From a virus, in the IMG/VR virus record IMGVR_UViG_3300028430_000454: a DNA stretch of 40,254 nt. One strand, given 5' to 3'. The position numbers and the translations under genes were made by a program. Below the pieces are notes generated by a model, which saw only the letters and a list, made by a program, of their open reading frames with translations, made no database searches and was not told where the DNA came from. Of the stretch, positions 23,483 through 31,396 are shown piece after piece; the first letter of the stretch is position 1; each line of letters opens with the position of its first letter.

Positions 23483-23710
23483 GCCTTGGCTAGCCATGTT
23501 GTACGCCGCGTCGAACAGCGCCATGCCCTGCTCGGAAGCCGGCTGGTCGTCGGACGTGGGCATGGGCAGCATTGCCAGTCCGATTTTATGCACCTGTTGC
23601 TGTGTCGGAACAGCCCCCAGCAACTCTTCGAGTGCGTCGATTACCTGTCGGATTACAGCATGTTCCTGCTCGAACTTGCTGGTGTCGAATTGCAGCCCCT
23701 TATATTCCAT
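23480..23710 (-). CDS. hypothetical early protein
   Basis: Start taken at MEYKGLQF (ATG at 23710, with AAGGAG upstream) inside track ORF 23480..23758. 76 aa. Confidence 0.55.
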   Translation of the reverse strand: MEYKGLQFDTSKFEQEHAVIRQVIDALEELLGAVPTQQQVHKIGLAMLPMPTSDDQPASEQGMALFDAAYNMASQG

Positions 23711-23728
23711 CAGACACTCCTTACGTGC

Positions 23729-23776
23729 GTGCCACATGGCACACACATATGGTGCCACAGTCCCTAGGGAATGCTA
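23729..23776 (-). promoter_or_regulatory. early promoter-operator module C
   Basis: Minus strand core: TAGCAT-TCCCT-AGGGAC-TGTGG-CACCAT (23776-23749). Six nt later comes the palindrome GTGCCA-CA-TGGCAC (23742-23729). Confidence 0.6.
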
Positions 23777-23836
23777 GCACGAATGTAACTCCGACATCGA
23801 TGAGTCGCGCCCCCTTGCCTCGGGGCATTCTCGCTT

Positions 23837-23909
23837 CAGTCGAGCTCACGCTCCCCCAGTCGAGCTCACACTCATGTTCGCCATCGACAGTCGCCTGCGA
23901 ATTTGGAGC
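23837..23909. repeat. short repeats related to the 22.3-22.5 kb array
   Basis: CAGTCGAGCTCAC(G/A)CTC occurs twice (23837-23853 and 23857-23873, 20-bp period). CGAATTTGGAGC (23898-23909) is identical to 22281-22292. Confidence 0.8.
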
Positions 23910-23929
23910 TATAGACATCGAAACGACAA

Positions 23930-25996
23930 CTAGAACTTTCCTTTCGTCATGTTAATCGCCTTCGCGTATTCCTCACGCAGGCGTGCCGTGGGCCAGTCAC
24001 CCTTTCGGTCAACGATTATCCACGCACGCTTCTTCGTCCCGTCAGCCTTGAACTCCATGCGCTCGAAGCCGAGGTCTTGCATGCGTTGACCGAGAGCATT
24101 CTTCAGGCCGGGGGTAATCTTGAATGTCTCTTCCGGCATGTAGGCCACGGCCAGTTGATCCGGGGTGAGGATTGCGGCCCCCTGCATCCACACAGGCAGC
24201 ACGCTGTCGGGGTCGTCCCACAGGTCGCGCACAAACTTCTCCATCGCGCCCCGTGTGGCGTCAGTGACCATCTCTTTCCACTGAGTGACGTATGCGTCCC
24301 CATTGGGGTTGAAGCCAGTCAAATCCACCCCCAGCAGGTAGTCGTAAAGGGCCTCCCCACCATCAGTCTCAGACCATTCGTAGTAGGCATCCCACTCAGA
24401 ACGGTCAGTAATCTTGGTGTCGCGGCTACCGAACTGCACCACACATGCGCGCCTGTCCCCCTCGTCGAGCTTGATGCTGTCCGAGTAGTTCGACGTCGTT
24501 ACCAGATTGATGTGATTGTCCACCACATACTCCGGCTTGCCCTTGCCATTGACTGTGAGCTTGGGTGACGTGACGAGCATCTTGATTTTGTTGGTGATGG
24601 CGACGGCACCGGCCTCGTTGCCACCATGCAACTCGTCGATATTGACGAACTGACGGAGAGAGTAGACCTCGTTGAAATCAGACGCTATCCTCTCCTTGCT
24701 CAGGGTGGCGGCATTGTCGCCATAAATGTCCAGCAGGGGCACCAGCAGGGCGTTCTTGCCCGTGCCGGGGGGACCATACAGGTGGATGAACGACGTCATC
24801 TTGCATCCGAGGTTCTGCAGGGGATATGCGAACCACTGTATCATCCATCGCCGCAGCGACGGGTCAGGGACGTTATGCTCGAGCAGACGCAGCCACGGCC
24901 CCACGTCGCCCCGCTCAGGCTCCACGCCCATGCCCTTCCACAAGTTGAGGAAATCGAGGGTCACCTTGTCCTCGCCGGGGGCATACTTGAGCTCACGTAC
25001 CGTGCGCCGACGCTCGTCGGTCAGCCACAGGCGGGGGAAATTGGCGCGCTTGCCCTCGTCACCTATCTCGACGGTAATGTGTGCGTAGTTGACGTCGGTA
25101 AAGTCGCCACGTTTCATCATCGTGCCCGAGTCAATCTCCACAATACGACTCAGATTTTCGACCAGTACCACTCGATTGTTCATCGCTCGCAACTCGAGCT
25201 CGTACTCGCCAAGCTCTACTTCCACACCATCGCCATCGAGAAAGGCTAGTGCCTGTGTGTCTCCCGCTGCCACTGCATAGTCGTCAAAGCCCTGATGCGT
25301 ACCATCTTCAGCACGGGGCAACTCCAGAGCCACCGCCCGGCGACCGTAGAGCTCAAACAATTTCGCAGCAAGGCGCACCCGCGCATCGAGAACATCGGGG
25401 TTATCCTCCGTATTACTGTCGAAAACGATGACAGGCTGCAACTCCATCGTTTTCCACGGTATGTCTTTCAGGCCGCTAATCAGTGCGTGCCCATGCTTGC
25501 GGGACGACCACCCGCGCACCCCATTCAGGCCAACTGACCAGCGCCCGAGGCGTGCGCCATTCGCTGCTTTGAGTGCCGACTCGTGGATGTATACTCTGTC
25601 CCCGCGCTCCAGCTTAGTCCAGTCTAGCGTAGGGGGCAGGTAGGCTACTGTCGGCTCGCCCGGTGGGCAGAACATCTTGCCCCGCCTGTCCACTACGGCC
25701 CCCTGCCACCCTGCGCGGACTCCGTTGCCTACTAGGCGACAACTCCACCAGTCGTAATAGTTCCCCTGTATATCAAGGTGGGGAAACACCACCGCCAATC
25801 TCTCGTCATACACCTTGCGGCGCAGCGCGCTCTCGAGGAGTTCATTGGCGGGGCAAATTCTGATGCCCAGCTCGATCATGAGTTCGGGTGGGATGCCTCG
25901 CTTTTCGAGATACTCGATGGCGAGCTCAAAACCTGAAACGTGCCTATCTTCTGCTGCGGGTCCGAGCTGTGTCTCTATCTGAATGAATGTCAGCAT
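23930..25996 (-). CDS. primase-helicase (Toprim/DUF3854-like N-terminal part + P4/D5-type NTPase)
   Basis: Track ORF 23930..26029, with start preferred at MLTFIQIE (ATG at 25996, AAGGGG 7 nt upstream). Motifs: Walker A LYGPPGTGKNAL and Walker B-like FVNIDELHGG. There is a Toprim-like stretch (VIVFDSNTEDNPDVLDARVRLAAKL...QGFDDY). Confidence 0.8.
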   Translation of the reverse strand: MLTFIQIETQLGPAAEDRHVSGFELAIEYLEKRGIPPELMIELGIRICPANELLESALRRKVYDERLAVVFPHLDIQGNYYDWWSCRLVGNGVRAGWQGAVVDRRGKMFCPPGEPTVAYLPPTLDWTKLERGDRVYIHESALKAANGARLGRWSVGLNGVRGWSSRKHGHALISGLKDIPWKTMELQPVIVFDSNTEDNPDVLDARVRLAAKLFELYGRRAVALELPRAEDGTHQGFDDYAVAAGDTQALAFLDGDGVEVELGEYELELRAMNNRVVLVENLSRIVEIDSGTMMKRGDFTDVNYAHITVEIGDEGKRANFPRLWLTDERRRTVRELKYAPGEDKVTLDFLNLWKGMGVEPERGDVGPWLRLLEHNVPDPSLRRWMIQWFAYPLQNLGCKMTSFIHLYGPPGTGKNALLVPLLDIYGDNAATLSKERIASDFNEVYSLRQFVNIDELHGGNEAGAVAITNKIKMLVTSPKLTVNGKGKPEYVVDNHINLVTTSNYSDSIKLDEGDRRACVVQFGSRDTKITDRSEWDAYYEWSETDGGEALYDYLLGVDLTGFNPNGDAYVTQWKEMVTDATRGAMEKFVRDLWDDPDSVLPVWMQGAAILTPDQLAVAYMPEETFKITPGLKNALGQRMQDLGFERMEFKADGTKKRAWIIVDRKGDWPTARLREEYAKAINMTKGKF

Positions 25997-26066
25997 AGAC
26001 CAACCCCTTGCACGGACGCGCGCGTGCATGCTATACTAGCCATAATCTGATTTCCTAGTGATTTAC

Positions 26067-26130
26067 TCGACACTCCCATAAGTGTCGATCCTATAAAGGC
26101 CCCGCGACGCGCGAACGTCCCGGGGCCTTT
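26067..26130. promoter_or_regulatory. two hairpins in the divergent early control region
   Basis: TCGACAC (26067-26073) pairs with GTGTCGA (26082-26088). AAAGGCCCCG (26095-26104) pairs with CGGGGCCTTT (26121-26130), with an inner GACG/CGTC extension. They lie between the primase-helicase start and the plus-strand promoter D. Confidence 0.5.
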
Positions 26131-26182
26131 GCACATATTGTATGCCTGCCCACCCGTATAGACAACCGGCAAGCTTTACGGT

Positions 26183-26231
26183 TTGCATTCAGCTGGGAAC
26201 GGCGTACAGTACCTCCAGTGGCATGTGCCAC
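26183..26231 (+). promoter_or_regulatory. early promoter-operator module D
   Basis: TTGCAT (26183-26188)-TCAGC-TGGGAA-CGGCG-TACAGT (26205-26210), with 16 nt between the hexamers. Seven nt later comes the palindrome GTGGCA-TG-TGCCAC (26218-26231). The leader matches that of module B. Confidence 0.65.
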
Positions 26232-26249
26232 GTACTAGTGAGGTGACAA

Positions 26250-26444
26250 ATGATGAAGTTCAAGTGTTACGTGGAGTTTGACGAAGGTTACGCCTTCCTC
26301 ATCATCACTGCTCCGACACACATGGGGGCGCTGGACTTGTTGATGAAATGGCTGGCCGAAGACGAGCGAGACATGACTTATCTGGAAATGTACCCGTCCG
26401 ACGCCACCCCGTGGATTACCGACGACGTCGTGGAGCTCGCATGA
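26250..26444 (+). CDS. small early protein, paralogue of 23196..23414
   Basis: 64-aa track ORF. GAGGTG lies upstream, and the motif FKCYVEFDEGYAFLI is shared with the paralogue. Confidence 0.6.
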   Translation: MMKFKCYVEFDEGYAFLIITAPTHMGALDLLMKWLAEDERDMTYLEMYPSDATPWITDDVVELA

Positions 26445-26737
26445 ACAAAAGCAAGGCTACAGAGCATCGCGTGCTGGTACTTGAAGAAGTCGCCACCGCC
26501 CCGGAAGGGGCCACGATCAAGAGTACCACTACCGCCCTGAGTAACGAAGCATTCCCGTACCACTCTGTGTGGAATATGATCTGGCAGTTGAGAAAAGAGG
26601 GGTTGCTTGGCATGGGCGAGGAAGGGTACCTGCACCTGACTGAGTTCGGCATGACGTACCTGTACACTCAGGATTTCTCCCGCAAGCTGCCTGAGTTTGC
26701 CGAGCGGCCGAAAGCACGACGCAAAAAGAAAGTGTAG
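26441..26737 (+). CDS. putative winged-helix regulator with basic tail
   Basis: ATG at 26441 overlaps the upstream TGA (ATGA), inside track ORF 26348..26737. 98 aa. It has a wHTH-like pattern (VWNMIWQLRKEGLLGMGEEGYLHLTEFG) and the tail KARRKKKV. Confidence 0.5.
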   Translation: MNKSKATEHRVLVLEEVATAPEGATIKSTTTALSNEAFPYHSVWNMIWQLRKEGLLGMGEEGYLHLTEFGMTYLYTQDFSRKLPEFAERPKARRKKKV

Positions 26738-26823
26738 GGGGGTTGTGTTCCCGCACGAACGCTGTAACCTTGCATCTGTGGTTGGGCACCCCGCCCTTCC
26801 ACCCAACCAAAAGGACTAGTGAA

Positions 26824-27075
26824 ATGAAGATGATCATCTCCATCGGCTGGCAAGACTACATGGTCAACGCACCGGCAGCGCAGATCGAAGGACTGTTGGC
26901 CCTGCTGAACGGAGCCACCCCGGTGGTCAGCGCGTACATCAACGACAAGCCGTACCTCGTCCAGGAGCTGGCCCGCAAGCATGAGTTCAAGGGCCACACC
27001 ATCGTCAACGACCCGATCACCGAGGCCGAGCGCGACGCACTCATCGCCGCTGAACAGGCCGCCAAGTCCGAGTAA
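26824..27075 (+). CDS. hypothetical protein
   Basis: Start at MKMIISIG (ATG at 26824) inside track ORF 26743..27075. 83 aa. Confidence 0.5.
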   Translation: MKMIISIGWQDYMVNAPAAQIEGLLALLNGATPVVSAYINDKPYLVQELARKHEFKGHTIVNDPITEAERDALIAAEQAAKSE

Positions 27076-27124
27076 TCCCCACGGGGGCGGCACATGTCGC
27101 CCCCACACCGTAAGGAGTAGCAGC

Positions 27125-27958
27125 ATGCGTGAAACGATCAATACCCCGCGAGTACTGAGGCTGAACCGTCCCCTGTCCCTGGACGAAGTCCGCAATGTGG
27201 CACCGGCAGTGTTCGCTGCCGGTGCGCATGAGTCCCGCAGCGACAGGTACGCTTACGTCCCCACCGAGCGTCCCCTGACCGCCCTTCTGGACAATGGCTG
27301 GCACGTGTGGGAAGCCCGCCAGCAGCGCAGCCGTGACAGCGGCAAAGACCCCTACACGAAACACATGCTGCGTCTGCGCAAGAGCGGCGACGGCGCGGTG
27401 ATCCACGGCCGTGACGGCACTGCCGAGATCGTCCTCATCAATGCGCACGACGGCACGGCCAGCTACTCGATCAGTGCGGGCTATTTCCGCCTCGTGTGCA
27501 GTAATGGAATGGTGGCTGGGCGCACGCTCGGCAACATCCGCGTGCAGCACACACTTTCGCTGGCGACCAGCGAAGCCGTGCTGGGGGCCAGCGAACGTGT
27601 GCTGACGGAGAAGGTGCCGCTGATGCTCGGGCAGATTGACCGCCTGCGTGAGTACGAAACCAGCCCGGAGCAACAACTGGAGCTGGCGAACACTGCGCTG
27701 GGCCTACGCTACGCGATGACCGCGCCGCCCATGCCCGCCGTAGATTTGCTGCGGGTGCGCCGCGAGATCGATGCCGCCAACAACATGTGGACTGTCCTCA
27801 ACCGCATCCAGGAAAACATCATGGACGGCGGCTGGGAAGTGCGCTCCATGCTGATGGGTCGTCGCAGCATGGTGCGCCCGGTGGAGCGTGTGTCGGCCAA
27901 CGCGGCGATCAACATGGGGCTGTGGGACAAGGCCATCGAGCTGGCAACGGCCGAATAG
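27125..27958 (+). CDS. DUF932-family protein
   Basis: ATG at 27125 with AAGGAG (27112-27117) upstream, inside track ORF 26981..27958. The N-terminal pattern (LSLDEVRNVAPAVFA...HESRSDRYAYVPT) and VCSNGMV fit DUF932 as I remember it. Confidence 0.65.
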   Translation: MRETINTPRVLRLNRPLSLDEVRNVAPAVFAAGAHESRSDRYAYVPTERPLTALLDNGWHVWEARQQRSRDSGKDPYTKHMLRLRKSGDGAVIHGRDGTAEIVLINAHDGTASYSISAGYFRLVCSNGMVAGRTLGNIRVQHTLSLATSEAVLGASERVLTEKVPLMLGQIDRLREYETSPEQQLELANTALGLRYAMTAPPMPAVDLLRVRREIDAANNMWTVLNRIQENIMDGGWEVRSMLMGRRSMVRPVERVSANAAINMGLWDKAIELATAE

Positions 27959-27968
27959 GCTTGCACCG

Positions 27969-28001
27969 ACGGGCAGGTTGGTACATACTGTACCTGCCCG
28001 T
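27969..28001 (+). terminator. hairpin after the DUF932 gene
   Basis: ACGGGCAGGT (27969-27978) pairs with ACCTGCCCGT (27992-28001). There is no clear U-tract. Confidence 0.35.
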
Positions 28002-28018
28002 AACCCACGGAGGTTCAA

Positions 28019-28252
28019 GTGCAACAAGAAAAAGACATCGTCTACGGCGACGTGCCCATGCGGGTGTGCTACACCGAAGAAAACGACGCTGTGTATGTCA
28101 GCAGCATTCACCTGTTGCAAGACAACAAACCGTGCGGCGTGGACATTGCGCCGATGCTCAATGCTACGCTGCTCGTAGTGCCGGGTTATCCGCCCGTGCC
28201 GACCCTCAGCGTCATCTACGGAGAAATCCAGAAATGCCTGACGTTGAACTAG
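28019..28252 (+). CDS. hypothetical protein
   Basis: 77-aa track ORF with a GTG start and GGAGG 6 nt upstream. Confidence 0.45.
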   Translation: MQQEKDIVYGDVPMRVCYTEENDAVYVSSIHLLQDNKPCGVDIAPMLNATLLVVPGYPPVPTLSVIYGEIQKCLTLN

Positions 28253-28641
28253 TCAAGCTGTCCCCCAAGCAACTCGGCGAACATGCCGACGAATACAAGA
28301 AGGTGAGAGACGAGCGGCTGGCGGCGGACAAGATAGTGAAAGAGCTGGCTACCCGCGAGCAAGCGATGTATGCTATGCTGGTACAGCAGATGCGCTTGCA
28401 GGAGATCACCTCGGTCGGCGGCAAGGTTGCCACCGTCAGCATTCCGGTTGACCCGGACCACGTACCGGCAGTCACTGACTGGTCGGCTTATTGGCAATAC
28501 GCGAAGGAGAACAACGCACCTGAAATGTTTGAACGTCGGCCGGGCAAGGCGGCGTGCAAGGAGCGCTGGGAAGCGGGTGAGATCATCCCCGGCGTTGAGA
28601 AGTTTCCCGTGTACAAGTTGACTATCAAGGGAGTAAGGTAA
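28234..28641 (+). CDS. hypothetical replication-module protein
   Basis: Start at MPDVELVKL (ATG at 28234) inside track ORF 27787..28641. 135 aa with an N-terminal coiled coil. Confidence 0.55.
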   Translation: MPDVELVKLSPKQLGEHADEYKKVRDERLAADKIVKELATREQAMYAMLVQQMRLQEITSVGGKVATVSIPVDPDHVPAVTDWSAYWQYAKENNAPEMFERRPGKAACKERWEAGEIIPGVEKFPVYKLTIKGVR

Positions 28642-28642
28642 C

Positions 28643-29521
28643 ATGGCTGAAAACAAACCTGCTGCAAAGCGCACCACCCCCGCCCCCGCACAAGCCTCAG
28701 CGCGGCCCGTAGACATGTCTGGCGGCGCGCAAGCAGCCCCCGGTGGTATGGTGGTGGCCGTACAGCCTGCCGCAGCCCCTGGAGCGCTCGCAATGCCTGC
28801 AGACATGCTTGCCATGCTGGCAGAAAGCGCCAAAGCCGTCGCCGCCACGGAACGCCCCAGCCTGAGCAAGATCAGCCTGCGCGCTGGGGTCATGTCCTAC
28901 GGCGGACAGCCCGTGGCCGGGAACAGCATGGACGTGCTGGTGCTGGCAACCGTGTTCCGCAACGTGTACTACGTGGGTCGCTTTGACCCCAACAACATCC
29001 AGAACCCCAACTGCTTCGCCATTTCCCAGACCGACAAGGACATGGCCCCGCACGAAAACGTGGCCGAGCCGGTGGCAGAGTCCTGCGCCACCTGCCCGAA
29101 CCACGAGTGGGGCAGTGACCCGAACGGTGGCCGGGGCAAGGCATGCAAGGAGGGGCGACGGCTGGTGCTGATGCCTGCCAGCGCCCTGACTGACCCCGAG
29201 TCGGTCAAGGGGTGCGAGCTGGCCCTGATGGATCTGCCGGTGACCAGCGTGAAGAACTGGTCCAACACCGTCAACCAACTCGCCACCGCGAGCGGCCTGC
29301 CGTATTGGGCTGTGGTCATCCGGGTGGAAGTGCGGCCCGACGCCAAGACGCAGTTCAAGGTCATCTTCTCCCCCGTGCGGGTGGTTGACGACAAGGAAGT
29401 GCTGACGGCACTCATGGCACGGCACAAAGTGGCCGTGGATGTGGGCATGCTCCCCTACGACGAGACGGCGCTGACCAACCAGCCCGCCGCCGCGCCGAGG
29501 GAAGTGAACAAGAAGTACTGA
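28643..29521 (+). CDS. hypothetical protein with Cys-cluster (possible zinc-binding DNA-binding protein)
   Basis: 292 aa. It has an Ala/Pro-rich N-terminus and the Cys pattern NPNCFAIS...ESCATCPNHEWG...GKACKEGRRL. Its position between early genes and the polymerase suggests a DNA-binding or recombination role. The family is not identified. Confidence 0.55.
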   Translation: MAENKPAAKRTTPAPAQASARPVDMSGGAQAAPGGMVVAVQPAAAPGALAMPADMLAMLAESAKAVAATERPSLSKISLRAGVMSYGGQPVAGNSMDVLVLATVFRNVYYVGRFDPNNIQNPNCFAISQTDKDMAPHENVAEPVAESCATCPNHEWGSDPNGGRGKACKEGRRLVLMPASALTDPESVKGCELALMDLPVTSVKNWSNTVNQLATASGLPYWAVVIRVEVRPDAKTQFKVIFSPVRVVDDKEVLTALMARHKVAVDVGMLPYDETALTNQPAAAPREVNKKY

Positions 29522-29545
29522 CCTAGTGTAGTTCATTCCAATAGT

Positions 29546-29571
29546 AAGGGGCACTCTGCGGGGTGCCCCTT
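29546..29571 (+). terminator. hairpin upstream of the DNA polymerase gene
   Basis: AAGGGGCAC (29546-29554) pairs with GTGCCCCTT (29563-29571) across an 8-nt loop. It lies 25 nt after the stop at 29521. Confidence 0.4.
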
Positions 29572-29587
29572 AGTTCACGGAGACAAG

Positions 29588-31396
29588 ATGCTGACCATAG
29601 ACTTTGAGACCGAGGGCATTGTGGGCAACCCGGTACACCGCCCTCCGCTGCCGGTCGGGGTTGCCATACGCACCCCAGACGGCGTGAATACCTACCACGC
29701 ATGGGGCCACCCCACAGGCAACAACACCACGTTCCAGAAAGCCCGGACACTGCTGCGCAAGCTGCTGACTGCAGCCCGCAAGGCTGACGGGTGGCTCGCC
29801 CACAACGCGCCTTTCGAATGCGCAATCCTTCGCGAGTACTTCGACTACGTGGAGGAAGACCCGCTGCTTGTCCACGACACGCAGTACCTCCTCTTCCTCA
29901 CCGATCCGTACGCGTACAGTCTGAGCCTCAAGCCCAGCGCTGAACGCGTGCTGGGCATGCCCCCCGATGAGCAGGATGACCTGCGCGAGTGGATACTGGC
30001 TCACGTCGTGGGAGCCAAGCTATCCGACTGGGGGGCGTACATCAGCAAGGCCCCCGCCGAGCTCGTGGGTCGGTACGCGCTGGGAGATACTGACCGTACC
30101 TTCAGGCTGTACGAAGTGCTGATGCCCAAGGTGCTGAAAGAGGGCATGCTGGGCGCATACCGGCGCGAGCAAAAACTCATGCCGATCATGTCAGAGGCGA
30201 GCAGGCGTGGTGTCAGGGTCGATCGCAAAAGGCTTGAGCGTGACATCAAGCACTACAAGCACGAGAAAGCAGTGTGCGAAGCCTACGTATTCTCGCGACT
30301 CGGGGAGTTCAACATTGACAGCGACAGTGAGCTCGCTGCCGCCCTCGAGCGTAAGGACATGGTCGCCGATTGGGTGCTGACTCCCACGGGGCGCAAATCC
30401 ACGGCACGCAAGAACTTAGTCGGCAACTTGAAAGATCCGGACCTGCTGACATACTTGTCTTACCGGGGCGTGCTGGCGACATGTTTGGGCACTTTCGCCG
30501 AGCCGTGGCTGGCTACGTCGGCCGAGGATGGTCGCGTACACCCGCAGTGGAATCAAGTGCGCAGTGACCGGGGCCAGAACGGCGACATGAATGGTGCGCG
30601 CACCGGGCGCATGTCCTGCAACAATCCCAACCTGCAGAACGTGCCCAACGACTTTGAGACGCTCGTAGTGCCCCCGGACATGGCTGGCCCCATGATCCTC
30701 AGGACGTACCTGCTGCCCGAGGAGGGGCACGTCTGGGTCAAACGTGACTTCAGCGCGCAGGAGATGCGCTGGCTGGCATACTTCACCGAAGGGCGACTGT
30801 TCCAAGCATTCGTTGCTGACCCCAGCACCGACCCGCACGACGCAGTACGGCGTATGATATACGAGTTGATGCAGGTGGACATGCCGCGCAAGTACGTCAA
30901 GATCACGGGTTTCGGCATTATGTACGGTCGGGGAATTGCCAACCTCGCGTCCGCACTCAGCGTCGACGAGGTGAAGGGCAAAGAAGTACGGGATACGTAC
31001 TTCGCCGCGCTGCCTGAGGTCAAGGAGCTGAGCGACGAGATACGTTGGCGGGGGCGCAAGAACATTCCCATCACGACATGGGGCGGGCGGAAATATTACA
31101 AGGAACCGCACCCCACACGTGACTTGTCCTACAAGTTGCTGAATTACCTCATTCAAGGCAGCGGTGCAGACCAAACGAAACAGTCAATTATCGACTGGCA
31201 TGAGGATAGCTACCTAGACCATCACCTGCTGGCCCCGGTACATGACGAGATCAACTTGTCGGTGCCAGAGGACGAGGTAAACCTCGGTATGCAGGCACTA
31301 CAGGAAGCGATGAATAAAGACAGGGTGAATGTACCCTTCCGCAGCGATGGCTTTACCGGCCCGAATTGGGCAGAACTGGAGAACTACTATGGCTGA
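29588..31396 (+). CDS. family A DNA polymerase with 3'-5' exonuclease domain
   Basis: 602 aa. Motifs: Exo I TIDFETEG, motif A DFSAQEMRWLA, motif B RKYVKITGFGIMYG and motif C APVHDEINL. Confidence 0.9.
   Translation: MLTIDFETEGIVGNPVHRPPLPVGVAIRTPDGVNTYHAWGHPTGNNTTFQKARTLLRKLLTAARKADGWLAHNAPFECAILREYFDYVEEDPLLVHDTQYLLFLTDPYAYSLSLKPSAERVLGMPPDEQDDLREWILAHVVGAKLSDWGAYISKAPAELVGRYALGDTDRTFRLYEVLMPKVLKEGMLGAYRREQKLMPIMSEASRRGVRVDRKRLERDIKHYKHEKAVCEAYVFSRLGEFNIDSDSELAAALERKDMVADWVLTPTGRKSTARKNLVGNLKDPDLLTYLSYRGVLATCLGTFAEPWLATSAEDGRVHPQWNQVRSDRGQNGDMNGARTGRMSCNNPNLQNVPNDFETLVVPPDMAGPMILRTYLLPEEGHVWVKRDFSAQEMRWLAYFTEGRLFQAFVADPSTDPHDAVRRMIYELMQVDMPRKYVKITGFGIMYGRGIANLASALSVDEVKGKEVRDTYFAALPEVKELSDEIRWRGRKNIPITTWGGRKYYKEPHPTRDLSYKLLNYLIQGSGADQTKQSIIDWHEDSYLDHHLLAPVHDEINLSVPEDEVNLGMQALQEAMNKDRVNVPFRSDGFTGPNWAELENYYG

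Noticed and set aside
23150-23776. Reading the TGGCA(C/G) boxes of modules A-C as sigma54 -24 elements
   Set aside because: At the required +10 offset the -12 position reads TGT, TGT and GGC rather than a conserved TGC. Modules D and E lack the GG entirely. A sigma70-like two-hexamer reading fits all five copies.
26770-26797. Sixth copy of the 28-nt promoter core (TTGCAT at 26770)
   Set aside because: Only the -35-like hexamer matches. The GGGAA box is displaced and no acceptable -10 follows at 16-18 nt.
26981-27124. N-terminal extension of the DUF932 track ORF
   Set aside because: It overlaps the 26824..27075 gene. The internal ATG at 27125 has a perfect AAGGAG, and the family N-terminus starts there.
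28249-29554. Minus-strand ORFs 28249..28893 and 28697..29554
   Set aside because: They are antisense to well-packed plus-strand genes that have SDs and coupled starts. There is no independent support.
30416-31174. 252-aa minus-strand ORF
   Set aside because: It is antisense to the DNA polymerase, whose motifs A, B and C fix the strand.
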